NCBI GenBank assembly: GCA_044223005.1
Contig: JBGAML010000020.1
Span: 28,132-92,131, forward strand
DNA length: 64,000 nt
Direction: 5' to 3'
From: Candidatus Eiseniibacteriota bacterium
GTDB taxonomy: Bacteria > Eisenbacteria > RBG-16-71-46
A model generated the notes under the pieces. It searched no databases and was not told the origin of the DNA. It was given only the letters and a program-made list of their open reading frames with translations. Made by a program: the position numbers and the translations under genes. Below, piece after piece: positions 50,971 through 60,811 of this stretch (its first letter is position 1; each line of letters starts with the position of its first letter).

Positions 50971-51326
50971 GCCTTCGAGCCCGCCTCGTGGTAGCCGGGC
51001 CCGTAGAGCTGGCGGAGCCGCTCGTGCCAGAGCGCCTCGAGCGTCTTCAGTTCCTTCTGCGGATCGTGGACCGGCGTCTCGCTGGCCTTCAGCGTGTCGA
51101 GCGTCTCGAACGCGAACGCGTCCGGGCCGAGCATGCGCCACTCGCGCTGCAGCGCGGGGTTCGGGTGTGAGCCCGCATCGAGCTGGAAGCGCTGGCGGTT
51201 GAGCATCGCGGGCACGTCCAGGCTGGTACCGATGTACCACCGCCCGCTCGCCTTGTGGCAGACGCGGAAGATGCCCATCGGGCGCGGGGTTTCCTTGTAC
51301 TCGCGCGTGAGCGCCTTGCGATCCAT
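50967..51326 (-). CDS. Small GIY-YIG-like protein
   Basis: MDRKALTREYKE..PMGIFRV...WYIG...NRQRFQL..GSHPN.ALQREW...G.DAF.FE. Confidence 0.8.
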   Translation of the reverse strand: MDRKALTREYKETPRPMGIFRVCHKASGRWYIGTSLDVPAMLNRQRFQLDAGSHPNPALQREWRMLGPDAFAFETLDTLKASETPVHDPQKELKTLEALWHERLRQLYGPGYHEAGSKA

Positions 51327-51337
51327 GTCCGGTCCGG

Positions 51338-51988
51338 TCAGTGGGAGTAGTCCAGCACCGCGACGAAGTGACAGGCGGTGCCCGCGAGCACCGCGAGGTG
51401 CCAGAGGAAATGAGCGTACTTGAGCCGGGGCGCCGCGTAGAAGGCGACGCCCGCCGTGTACGCGAGCCCGCCCGCGAGCAGCCAGAACCAGCCCCACGCG
51501 GCGAGGTGCTGCGAGAGTGGCTTCACGGCGACCACGACGAGCCAGCCCATGAGCAGGTAGACCGCCGTCGAGAGCCGCGGGTACTTCATGCCGATCGTCG
51601 CCTTGAGCACGATGCCGGTGACCGCGAGCCCCCACAGCACGCCGAAGAGCGACCAGCCCCACGGCCCGCGCAGCACGCCGAGCGTGAACGGCGTGTAGGT
51701 GCCGGCGATGAGCAGGTAGATCGCGGCGTGGTCGAGCACGCGGAACACGCGCTTGGCGCGCGAGGGCGGCAGCGAGTGGTACAGCGTGGACGACAGGTAG
51801 AGCAGCGCGAGCGTGGTCGCGAACACGCTCGCGCCCACGACGGCCGCAGGCCCCAGCGGCAGGGCGCGCGTGACGAGCAGCGGCAGCCCGGCGAGCGCGA
51901 GCACGAAGCCCACGCCGTGGCTCACGCTGTTGGCGATCTCCTCGCCGCGGGTCTGTTCGCGGCGGATGCGCGGTGTGGATGCGGACAC
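51338..51988 (-). CDS. Hemolysin III (PAQR) family membrane protein
   Basis: EEIANSVSH, SSTLYH, LDHAAIYLLIAGTYTPF, HFLWHLAVL. Confidence 0.92.
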   Translation of the reverse strand: MSASTPRIRREQTRGEEIANSVSHGVGFVLALAGLPLLVTRALPLGPAAVVGASVFATTLALLYLSSTLYHSLPPSRAKRVFRVLDHAAIYLLIAGTYTPFTLGVLRGPWGWSLFGVLWGLAVTGIVLKATIGMKYPRLSTAVYLLMGWLVVVAVKPLSQHLAAWGWFWLLAGGLAYTAGVAFYAAPRLKYAHFLWHLAVLAGTACHFVAVLDYSH

Positions 51989-52080
51989 GAGGAGCACTCC
52001 GGTGCGGCCGGGGTGGAAACGCGAGGTTGCGGCACGGCGAGCGTAGCACGGCGGCCGCGCCCGCGCGGCCGCCACGCGAA

Positions 52081-52110
52081 AGCCCCGGCCATCTCGCGAC
52101 GGCCGGGGCT
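52081..52110 (-). terminator. Terminator-like hairpin after pckG
   Basis: AGCCCCGGCC-N10-GGCCGGGGCT. Confidence 0.6.
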
Positions 52111-52129
52111 GCGTGAATCGTACGGCGCG

Positions 52130-53926
52130 TCAGACCTTCGCGCCGGCGCTCTGCAGGCGCTTCTCCAGCTGGTCGAGCTCGTCCTTGAGGCCCTGCGGGA
52201 GCTTGGCGCCGAACTTCTCGTAGTGCTTGCGCACTTCGGGCAGCTCCTTGAGCCACGCCTCGACGTCGACCTTCAGCACCTGCTCCATGTTGGCCGCGGG
52301 CACGTCCAGGCCGCTCACGTCGAGCGAACCGGGCGCCGGCAGGTTGCCGATCGGCGTCTCGATCGCCTTGCCCGTGCCGGTCACGCGCTCGAACACCCAC
52401 TTGAGCACGCGGCTGTTCTCGCCGTAACCCGGCCACAGGAACTTGCCGTCCGCGCCCTTGCGGAACCAGTTCACGTTGTAGAGCTTCGGCAACTTGGCGC
52501 CCGCCTTCTGGCCGATCTTGAGCCAGTGACCGAAGTAGTCGCCCATGTGGTAGCCGCAGAACGGCAGCATCGCGAACGGATCGAACCGCAGCGTGCCGAC
52601 CGCGCCCGTGGCCGCGGCCGTCGTCTCGCTGCTCATGATCGAGCCGAGGAACGTGCCGTGCTGCCACGAGAGCGCCTCGTTCACGAGCGGCACCACCGTC
52701 GCGCGGCGGCCGCCGAACAGGATCGCCGAGATGCGCACGCCCTTCGGGTCCTCCCACTCCTTGGAGATGGTCGGGCACTGGCTCGCGGGCGTGCAGAACC
52801 GCGAGTTCGGGTGCGACGACTTGCGGCCCGACGCGGGCGTCCACGGGCGGCGCAGCCAGTCGGTCAGCTCGGCCGGCGGCGCGGACATCTCCTCCCACCA
52901 GATGTCCTTGTCGGGCGTCAGCGCGACGTTCGTGAAGATCGTGTTCTTCTCGATCGTCCGCATCGCGTTGAAGTTGCTCTTGTCGCTCGTGCCGGGGGCG
53001 ACGCCGAAGAACCCGAACTCGGGGTTGATCGCGCAGAGATAGCCCTCGGAGTCGAACTTCATCCAGGCGATGTCGTCACCGACGGTCTCGATCTTCCAGC
53101 CCGGGATCGTGGGCTGCAGCATGGCGAGATTGGTCTTGCCGCAGGCCGACGGGAACGCGGCCGCGAGGTAGCGCTTCTCGCCCTGCGGGTTGGTGATGCC
53201 GAGGATCAGCATGTGCTCGGCGAGCCAGCCCTCGTCGCGCGCCTGCACCGACGCGATGCGGAGCGCGTGGCATTTCTTGCCCAGCAGCGCGTTGCCACCG
53301 TAGCCGGAGCCGTACGACATGATCTCGCGCGTCTCGGGGAAGTGGCAGATGTACTTCGTCTTCGCGTTGCACGGCCACGGCACGTCGGGCTGGCCTTCCT
53401 TCTCGAGCGGCGCGCCGACCGAATGCAGGCCGCGCACGAACTCGCCCTCGCCCAGCACGTCGAGCACCTTGGTGCCGACGCGCGACATGATGTGCATGCT
53501 CGCGACCACGTACGGCGAGTCCGTGAGCTCGACGCCGATCTTGGCGATCGGGGAGCCGACCGGGCCCATGCTGTAGGGGATCACGTACATCGTGCGGCCC
53601 TTCATGGCACCCGTGAACAGCGGCGTCAGGATCTGCTTGGTCTCGACCGGGTCCTTCCAGTTGTTGGTCGGGCCGGCGTCCTCCTTGTTCTTCGAGCAGA
53701 TGAACGTGAACTCCTCGACGCGCGCCACGTCGGCCGGATCGGACCGCACGTAGATGCTGTGGGGGCGCTTCGCCTCGTTCAGCCGGATCGCCGTGCCGCT
53801 CTGCTCCATGAGGTGGAGCATGCGGTCGTATTCGCTCGGGGAGCCATCGCACCAGACCACGTTGTCCGGCTGGCACATGGCCGCCATTTCCTGCACCCAC
53901 GCATCGAGCTGCTTGTTCTTCGACAT
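52130..53926 (-). CDS. pckG: Phosphoenolpyruvate carboxykinase (GTP)
   Basis: [57 protein letters not shown]. Confidence 0.96.
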   Translation of the reverse strand: MSKNKQLDAWVQEMAAMCQPDNVVWCDGSPSEYDRMLHLMEQSGTAIRLNEAKRPHSIYVRSDPADVARVEEFTFICSKNKEDAGPTNNWKDPVETKQILTPLFTGAMKGRTMYVIPYSMGPVGSPIAKIGVELTDSPYVVASMHIMSRVGTKVLDVLGEGEFVRGLHSVGAPLEKEGQPDVPWPCNAKTKYICHFPETREIMSYGSGYGGNALLGKKCHALRIASVQARDEGWLAEHMLILGITNPQGEKRYLAAAFPSACGKTNLAMLQPTIPGWKIETVGDDIAWMKFDSEGYLCAINPEFGFFGVAPGTSDKSNFNAMRTIEKNTIFTNVALTPDKDIWWEEMSAPPAELTDWLRRPWTPASGRKSSHPNSRFCTPASQCPTISKEWEDPKGVRISAILFGGRRATVVPLVNEALSWQHGTFLGSIMSSETTAAATGAVGTLRFDPFAMLPFCGYHMGDYFGHWLKIGQKAGAKLPKLYNVNWFRKGADGKFLWPGYGENSRVLKWVFERVTGTGKAIETPIGNLPAPGSLDVSGLDVPAANMEQVLKVDVEAWLKELPEVRKHYEKFGAKLPQGLKDELDQLEKRLQSAGAKV

Positions 53927-54173
53927 GGCGCGACCGCCTTTCTCGCATCGCGGACCGCTGAAACGGACGTTTCAGCGTATGAAGCGCTGGCGGCTCCGCC
54001 GCCGGCGCGAGTGTTTCCAGCCGCAGTGTAGACGGGCCGTTCCGGGCCCGTCCAATGGTGCGAAAGGACCGTTGGGCCGCCTGTCGACCGCGGAATTTCA
54101 CCTTTTCCGCAGGCCGGGCCATACTGCCCGGCTCGTCCGCGAACCGCCTTCGACCCCGGGAAACCGTCTCCGC

Positions 54174-55502
54174 ATGAGCCTGTCCTGGCGCCAGTGCATG
54201 TCCCGGTCGCGCTTCGGCGCGCCCGCGCAGGAGCACTCGATCGCGCGTACCGCGTTCCAGCGCGACTACGACCGCATCCTCTTCAGCGGCGACTTCCGGC
54301 GGCTGGCGGACAAGACGCAGGTCTTCCCACTCCCGTACGACGACCACGTCCACTCGCGCCTGACGCACAGCCTCGAGGTCGCCTCGATCGGCCGTTCGCT
54401 CGGTACGCTCGTCGGTACGCGACTGCTCGAGCGCGAACCGGCGCTCGCGGCCGAACTCGACGCGCGGGACTTCGGCGACTGCGTCGCGGCGGCGTGCCTG
54501 GCACACGACCTCGGCAACCCGCCGTTCGGCCACGTGGGCGAGGATGCGATCCGCGAGTTCTTCAAGCGCCGCCAGCCGTTCTGGAACGAGCTCTCCGAGC
54601 GCCAGCAGAAGGACCTGCTCGGATTCGAGGGCAACGCGCAGACGTTCCGGATCGTCACGCGGCTGTCGCGTCCCACGCGCGGGCGCGGCCTGGAGCTGAG
54701 CGAGGCCACGCTCGGCGCGCTGGTCAAGTACCCCTGTTCCTCCCGTGCCGCGCGCAAGGACGCGACGCGCAAGAGCGCGAAGAAGCCGGGCCTGTTCGAC
54801 GGCGACGTCGACGAGTTCCGCGGCCTCGCCGAACGGCTCGGGCTCGCGCCGCTCAGCGACGAGAGCTGGCAGCGGCACCCGCTGGCGCTGCTCACCGAAG
54901 CCGCGGACGACATCGCCTACCTCCTGCTCGACCTCGAGGACGGCCTGCGGCTGCGGCACGTCACGTTCGAGCAGTTCGAGGCGTGCCTCGAGCCGCTCAG
55001 CGCGGGCGACCCGCGCGTCGGCGCGCTGCAGCCCGCGCGCGACTACGCCGAGCGCATGGACCGCGCCGACCTGCGCCGCGCCGTGTCCGTGAACACGCTC
55101 ATCCACGACGCCGCCGACACGTTCGTGCGCGAGCTGCCCGCGATCCTCGAGGGCGGCTATGCCACCGCGCTCGAGGCGGGCATGCAGCACCGCGAGGCGC
55201 TCGGGAAGATCCAGCAGACGTGCAAGCGCCACTGCTACGAGGCGCGCGACGTGCTCAAGATGGAGCTCGCGGGCGCCGAGGCGATCCAGGGCCTGCTCGA
55301 AGTGTTCGTCGATTCGCTGGAGCAGCCCGATTCACTGCGCGGCAAGCACCTGCGCAAGCTCTATCCCAAGCTCTTCGCCGACGGTCCCGCGTACGAGCGG
55401 CTGCTGCGGCTCACGGACCACGTTTCCGGCATGACCGACCACTACGCGGTGCGGCTCTACCGCGAACTGCGGGGCATGCGCTACCCCGGCGGGCGCGACT
55501 AG
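54174..55502 (+). CDS. dgt: dGTP/dNTP triphosphohydrolase
   Basis: RDYDRI, RRL.DKTQVF, RLTHSLEV, AHDLGNPPFGH.GE, FEGNAQ, EAADDIAY...DLED. Confidence 0.92.
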   Translation: MSLSWRQCMSRSRFGAPAQEHSIARTAFQRDYDRILFSGDFRRLADKTQVFPLPYDDHVHSRLTHSLEVASIGRSLGTLVGTRLLEREPALAAELDARDFGDCVAAACLAHDLGNPPFGHVGEDAIREFFKRRQPFWNELSERQQKDLLGFEGNAQTFRIVTRLSRPTRGRGLELSEATLGALVKYPCSSRAARKDATRKSAKKPGLFDGDVDEFRGLAERLGLAPLSDESWQRHPLALLTEAADDIAYLLLDLEDGLRLRHVTFEQFEACLEPLSAGDPRVGALQPARDYAERMDRADLRRAVSVNTLIHDAADTFVRELPAILEGGYATALEAGMQHREALGKIQQTCKRHCYEARDVLKMELAGAEAIQGLLEVFVDSLEQPDSLRGKHLRKLYPKLFADGPAYERLLRLTDHVSGMTDHYAVRLYRELRGMRYPGGRD

Positions 55503-55523
55503 CCGCGCGCCGCGGGCGGTGCG

Positions 55524-56723
55524 CTACCGCGGCCCGGCGCCGCCCGCGATCCACGCGCCGAGCGTGTCGCGCTCGGCCTCGGTGATGCCGGTCAGGTTCC
55601 CGAGCGGCATGGTCTTCGTCTCCACCGCGCGCACGCGGATCCGCTCGCGCAGGGCCATGACCTTGTCCGCGTCGTCGAACATGACGCCCGCCGGCGGCTC
55701 GGGGAACGACGGATTCGATGGGTGCCGCGAGTGGCACGTCATGCACCGGCGCGCGAGGATCGCGTGCGCCGTCTCGTACGACACCGCACTCATCGCCGGC
55801 GCCTGTGCCGACGCCTCGCGCCGGGCGGGGATCACCGTGATCGCGATCAGAGCGGCGAACGCGCCGATGCCCGTCGCGAGAATCGCGGGATGCGCGCGGA
55901 AGCGGAAGTTCATCCAGTACTTGAACGCCATGCCGAACGCGACGAACAGGATCATCACCAGCCCCGGCTGCGGGTGGCCGTACATGCTCGGGAAGTGATT
56001 GCTGATCATGGCGAACACCACCGGCAGCGTCAGGTAGTGGTTGTGGATCGAGCGCTGCTTGGCGCGCGCGCCGAGCGCGGCATCGGCCCGCTGGCCGGCG
56101 CGGGTCGCCGCGATCATCTGCGTCTGCGCGGGGATGATCCGGCGCCAGACGTTGCCCGCCATGATCGTCGCGAGCAGCGCGCCCACGTGCAGGAACGCGG
56201 CGCGGCCACTGAAGACGTGCGTGAGCCCGAGGATCGCGCCGGCCAGCAGCACGAGCGAAACCGCGGCGACGAGCTTCGGCGAGCGCACGAGCGGCGAGCT
56301 CCAGAGCGCGTCGTAGGCGAACCAGCCGGCGAGCAGCACCGCGGCGCTCGCGGCCACGGCCTGCGGCCCCGTGAGCGGGAGCACCGAGTGGTCCACCATG
56401 AACGCGGTGCCGCCGATCCAGTAGACGACCACGAGCAGCGCGAAGCCCGACATCCACGTCGTGTACGCCTGCCACATGAACCAGTGCAGGTGCTCGGGCA
56501 TCTCGTCCGGCGCGAGCACGCGGCGCTTCACGACCTCGTAGAACCCGCCGCTGTGCACCATCCACAGCTCACCGGCGACGTCACCCTCGAGCGGACGTTT
56601 GGGCGGACGCAGGCTCGAGTCCATCCACATGAACAGGAACGAATCGCCGATCCACAGGATGCCGGCGATCACGTGCGTCCAGCGGAGCAGCAGGTTCAGC
56701 CATTCGGCGACGATCGCGGGCAC
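55524..56723 (-). CDS. puuD: Urate hydroxylase PuuD-like membrane protein with C-terminal cytochrome c
   Basis: RWTHVIAGILWIG.SF, WMVHSGGFY, LHWF.W.AYTTW, RSIHNHYLTLPV, ISNHFP, CMTCH, MPLGN.T. Confidence 0.88.
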   Translation of the reverse strand: MPAIVAEWLNLLLRWTHVIAGILWIGDSFLFMWMDSSLRPPKRPLEGDVAGELWMVHSGGFYEVVKRRVLAPDEMPEHLHWFMWQAYTTWMSGFALLVVVYWIGGTAFMVDHSVLPLTGPQAVAASAAVLLAGWFAYDALWSSPLVRSPKLVAAVSLVLLAGAILGLTHVFSGRAAFLHVGALLATIMAGNVWRRIIPAQTQMIAATRAGQRADAALGARAKQRSIHNHYLTLPVVFAMISNHFPSMYGHPQPGLVMILFVAFGMAFKYWMNFRFRAHPAILATGIGAFAALIAITVIPARREASAQAPAMSAVSYETAHAILARRCMTCHSRHPSNPSFPEPPAGVMFDDADKVMALRERIRVRAVETKTMPLGNLTGITEAERDTLGAWIAGGAGPR

Positions 56724-56850
56724 GGCGACGGAGACCTCCGGATGCGGATCCCCCGGGCGGATGGACGAGCGGCCGGGGCAGGCGCTCCGGGCGCGGACTT
56801 CTGACACGCCCGAGACAAGGAGAATGGAGAAGCGAGGGAGGATAGCCGAT

Positions 56851-57276
56851 GTGAGCCCGACTTCCCCACGACGAAATGCGCCCGGGGACGTGCGCACGCA
56901 CGAAGGAGTTCTCACCTACCCCGACCGCCCGGCCGCGCAGGCGACGGTGCGTGCGCGCCACCGCGACGCGAAAGCCCGATTCACGCGGGCGGTGATGACC
57001 TGGGCCGCCGGGTGGGGCCTGGCCGTCGCGGCGGTGTTCCTGCCGCTGCTGCACTTCGTGCTCGTCCCGCTCCTGCTGATCGGCGGTCCCGCCCTGGCAT
57101 GGCAGCGCATGCGGGAAGCGGCGACCCTGGTCGACGCGCACGGGGCCTGCCCCGCCTGCGGCGCCGAGCGCACGATCGCGCTGGGCGGCGCGTGGCGCGA
57201 ACGCACGCCACTGCGGTGCGAAGGGTGCGGTCGCGGCCTCATGCTCGAACTGCCGCCCGCCCCGGCCGAGTCGTAG
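56851..57276 (+). CDS. Hypothetical membrane protein with a C-terminal zinc ribbon
   Basis: GGAGG RBS and GTG start; two TM segments, CPACG...CEGCG. Confidence 0.7.
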   Translation: MSPTSPRRNAPGDVRTHEGVLTYPDRPAAQATVRARHRDAKARFTRAVMTWAAGWGLAVAAVFLPLLHFVLVPLLLIGGPALAWQRMREAATLVDAHGACPACGAERTIALGGAWRERTPLRCEGCGRGLMLELPPAPAES

Positions 57277-57442
57277 TCCCGGCGAGTTCGTGCCCCGAGG
57301 GGCGGCGCCCGTCGCCCCGACGCCCGCGACCGTCCCGCGACCCTGCCCGCGGGCGGCCACCTGCGTGCTAGCGTGCGCCCTACGTTGCTCGATCCACCTC
57401 ACCGAGCGCGCTGCGGCCCCCACCCGCGGCCGAGGAGTTCGC

Positions 57443-60400
57443 ATGAAGGCACGGCTGCTCTCCCCCACCCGGTTCGTCCTGTCCACGCTGCTGCTGCTGT
57501 CGGCGATCGCGGCGCCCGCGTTCGCGATCGAACGCGCGACGTGGATCCGCCATCCGGCGATCTCGCCCGACGGCCACACGATCGCCTTCGGCTGGCGAGG
57601 CAACCTGTGGAAGGTCTCCGCTTCCGGCGGCGTCGCCACGCCGCTCACGGTGGGCACCGCGTACAACTCGAACCCCGTCTGGTCGCGCGACGGTTCGAAG
57701 CTCGCGTTCACCTCCGATCGCTACGGCAACGACGACGTCTTCGTGATGCCCGCCGAGGGCGGCGAGGCGACGCGCCTCACGTTCCATTCGGCCGACGAGA
57801 CCCCGTCGTCGTTCACACCCGACGGCAAGGCGGTCCTCTTCACCGCCGCGATCCTGCCGTCCGTCACCAACGCGGGCTTCCCGACGGGCGCGCAGCCGCA
57901 GCTCTGGTCCGTCGACCTCGCGGGCGGGCAGCCGCGCCAGGTGCTGACGACGCCTGCGATCGACGCGTCTTACGACGCCGCCGGCAAGCGGCTCGTCTAC
58001 GCGGACCAGCCGGGCTTCGAGATGGAATGGCGCAAGCACGACACCAGCGCATTCGCGCGCCAGGTGTGGATATGGGACGTCGCGGCCAACAAGCACACGC
58101 GCCTGACGGCGTGGGGTGCGGATCACCGCCAGCCGGTGTGGGCGCCGGGCGAACAGTCGCTCTACTACCTCGCCGAGGACAGCGGCTCGTTCAACGTGTG
58201 GTCGCTCGATCTCGCGGATCCCTCGCACCCGGTCGCGGTGACGCATCACACGGGTGATCCGGTCCGGTTCCTGTCCGTCTCGAAGGCGGGTGACCTCTGC
58301 TACGGGTTCGACGGCGACATTTGGGTGCGCCCCGCGGGCGCGAAGGACGGCCACAGGCTCGACGTCATGGTGGCCGCCGACCGGCGCGATCGCTCGCAGG
58401 TCCCGATCGACGTGTCCGGGCAGGCGACCGAGTTCGACGTCTCGCCCGACGGCAGCGAAGTCGCCTTCGTCGCGCGCGGCGAGGTGTTCGTGGCCTCCGT
58501 CGAGCACGGCGACACGCGCCGCATCACCCGCACGCCCGAGCAGGAGCGCTCGGTGAGCTTCTCGCCCGACGGCAAGAGCCTCCTCTACGCCTCGGAGCGT
58601 GACGGCCGCTGGCGCCTCTATCGCACGAGCCGCGTCGACAAGGACGAGCCGAACTTCTTCAACGCGACCGCGCTGCGCGAGACGCTGCTCGTGGGCGGCG
58701 ACGCGGAAGCGTTCCAGCCGCAGTGGTCGCCGGACGGCCGCGAGATCGCGTATCTCGAGAACCGCACCACCGTGAAGGTGCTCGACCTCGCGAGCGGACG
58801 CACGCGAACGGTGCTCGCGGGCAACTTCAACTATTCATACGCCGATGGCGACATGGCGTTCGACTGGTCGCCGGACGGGCGCTGGATCGCCGTGCAGTAC
58901 CTGAGCCCCGACCGCTGGTCCAACGAGGTCGGGCTCGTGTCGGCCGTCGGCGACGGCAAGGTGATCGACATCACCAACAGCGGCTACGAGGACTCCTCGC
59001 CGCACTGGTCGCGCAAGGGCGAAGTGCTCTTCTGGCAGACGGACCGCCTGGGTCTGCGGCGCCAGTCGGGCGACAATCTGCAGGCCGACGTCTACGCCGC
59101 GTTCCTCACGCGCAAGGCGTGGGACCGCTTCAAGCTCGACGAGGCCAGCTACGCGCAGTTGACCGCGAAGGAGAAGGACAAGGACAAGCCCGGCAAGGGC
59201 GAACCCGGCAAGGGTGACGCCGGCAAGGGCGAGCCGGCGAAGGACAAGCCGGCCGACTCGGGCCCCAAGCTCGCCGATGCGGTCGCGATCGAGTTCGACC
59301 ACCTCGAGGACCGCATCGCGCGGATCTCGCTCGCCTCGGCCGACCTCTCCACCGCGCTGCTCACGCCCGACGGCGAGACGCTCGTCTACCTCGCGCGCGT
59401 GGACAAGGGCTACGACCTCTGGAAATACGTCCCACGCAGCAAGGAAGTGAAGCTGGTCTCGAAGCTCGGCGCCCGCGAGGCGAACATGACGCTCTCGCGT
59501 GACGGCAAATCGGCGATGGTGCTGGCCGACGGGCGGCTCTCCAAGATCGAGCTCGAGTCGGGCAAGTCGACGCCGGTGGGCGCGCAGCCGCGGATGGACC
59601 TCGATGCGGCCGCCGAGCGCGCGTACCTGTTCGAGCACATCTGGCGCCAGACGTTCGAGAAGTTCCTCGATCCCGGGATGCACGGCGTGCAGTGGAAGGC
59701 GCTGAAGGACCACTACGCGCGCTTCCTCCCCGCGATCGACAACTCGCGCGATTTCGCCGAGCTGTGCTCCGAGATGCAGGGCGAGCTCAACGCCTCGCAC
59801 ACCGGCTGCCGCTACCGGCCGACGCGCTCCGACGGCGTGGCGACCGCCTCGCTGGGCATCTTCCCCGATCCTGCGTGGACGGGAGCGGGCATCGCGATCG
59901 CCGAGGTGATCGCCGGCGGCCCGCTGCAGAAGGCCGGCTCGCGCATCCGCGCGGGCGTCGTGATCACCGCGATCGACGGCAACGAGATCGCGGCCGGCGC
60001 CAACTGGTACCCGCTGCTCGACCACAAGGCCGACCAGCCGGTGCGCCTGTCGCTCTTCGACCCGCGGGGGAACACGCGCTGGGAGGAGAGCGTCCGCCCG
60101 ATCTCGTGGGGCGCGCAGGGCCAGCTGCTCTACCAGCGCTGGTGGCGCTCGCGGCGGGACGTGGTACTCGAACGCTCGCACGGGCGGCTCGGCTACGCGC
60201 ACATCCGCGGCATGAACGACGGCGCGTATCGCGAGGTGTTCGACGAGGTGTTCGGGCGCGACGTGGAACGCGACGCGATCGTGCTCGACACGCGCTGGAA
60301 CGGCGGCGGCAACCTGGTCGAGGCGCTGACCACGTTCCTGTCCGGCCGCACGTACGCGACCAACGCACCGCGCGGGCAGGTGATCGGGCACGAGCCCTCG

Positions 60401-60742
60401 CGCCGGTGGTTCAAGCCGTCCATCGTCGTGATGAACCCGGGCAACTACTCCGACGCCCATTGCTTCCCGATGGCCTACACGCAGCTCGGGCTCGGCGAGA
60501 CGGTCGGCATGCCCGTGCCGGGCACGTGCAGCTCCGTGTGGTGGGAGCGCCTGCAGGATCGCGACCTCGTCTTCGGCATCCCGGAGGTCGCCCTGCTCGA
60601 CATCCACGACCAGGTGATGGAGAACCACCAGCTCGAGCCCACGTATCGCGTGGAGCCCGATCCCGCGGCGCTCGCCGCCGGCCGCGACCTCGACCTCGAG
60701 AAGGCGGTCGACGTGCTGCTCGCGAAGTTGCCGAAGAAGTGA
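57443..60742 (+). CDS. Tricorn-like S41 peptidase
   Basis: Signal peptide, PD40 repeats (ISPDG, WSPDG), GELNASH, PDZ, DTRWNGGG, NYSDAH. Confidence 0.92.
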   Translation: MKARLLSPTRFVLSTLLLLSAIAAPAFAIERATWIRHPAISPDGHTIAFGWRGNLWKVSASGGVATPLTVGTAYNSNPVWSRDGSKLAFTSDRYGNDDVFVMPAEGGEATRLTFHSADETPSSFTPDGKAVLFTAAILPSVTNAGFPTGAQPQLWSVDLAGGQPRQVLTTPAIDASYDAAGKRLVYADQPGFEMEWRKHDTSAFARQVWIWDVAANKHTRLTAWGADHRQPVWAPGEQSLYYLAEDSGSFNVWSLDLADPSHPVAVTHHTGDPVRFLSVSKAGDLCYGFDGDIWVRPAGAKDGHRLDVMVAADRRDRSQVPIDVSGQATEFDVSPDGSEVAFVARGEVFVASVEHGDTRRITRTPEQERSVSFSPDGKSLLYASERDGRWRLYRTSRVDKDEPNFFNATALRETLLVGGDAEAFQPQWSPDGREIAYLENRTTVKVLDLASGRTRTVLAGNFNYSYADGDMAFDWSPDGRWIAVQYLSPDRWSNEVGLVSAVGDGKVIDITNSGYEDSSPHWSRKGEVLFWQTDRLGLRRQSGDNLQADVYAAFLTRKAWDRFKLDEASYAQLTAKEKDKDKPGKGEPGKGDAGKGEPAKDKPADSGPKLADAVAIEFDHLEDRIARISLASADLSTALLTPDGETLVYLARVDKGYDLWKYVPRSKEVKLVSKLGAREANMTLSRDGKSAMVLADGRLSKIELESGKSTPVGAQPRMDLDAAAERAYLFEHIWRQTFEKFLDPGMHGVQWKALKDHYARFLPAIDNSRDFAELCSEMQGELNASHTGCRYRPTRSDGVATASLGIFPDPAWTGAGIAIAEVIAGGPLQKAGSRIRAGVVITAIDGNEIAAGANWYPLLDHKADQPVRLSLFDPRGNTRWEESVRPISWGAQGQLLYQRWWRSRRDVVLERSHGRLGYAHIRGMNDGAYREVFDEVFGRDVERDAIVLDTRWNGGGNLVEALTTFLSGRTYATNAPRGQVIGHEPSRRWFKPSIVVMNPGNYSDAHCFPMAYTQLGLGETVGMPVPGTCSSVWWERLQDRDLVFGIPEVALLDIHDQVMENHQLEPTYRVEPDPAALAAGRDLDLEKAVDVLLAKLPKK

Positions 60743-60759
60743 TCCGCGACCTGGGACGC

Positions 60760-60795
60760 GAAACGGCCGGCGGGGTGCTCCCCGCCGGCCGTTTC
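60760..60795. terminator. Bidirectional terminator
   Basis: GAAACGGCCGGCGGGG-tgct-CCCCGCCGGCCGTTTC between convergent genes. Confidence 0.75.
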
Positions 60796-60811
60796 GGCTT
60801 TCGACCGGGCC

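Noticed and set aside
50967..55502. GIY-YIG protein and dGTPase as an anti-phage island
   Set aside because: Housekeeping neighbours, host-like composition, and no other defence or mobility genes
59165..59255. Short tandem repeats in the tricorn gene (and at about 11290-11380 in the S1-like gene) as a CRISPR array or VNTR
   Set aside because: In-frame, degenerate low-complexity linkers with no repeat-spacer structure and no cas genes
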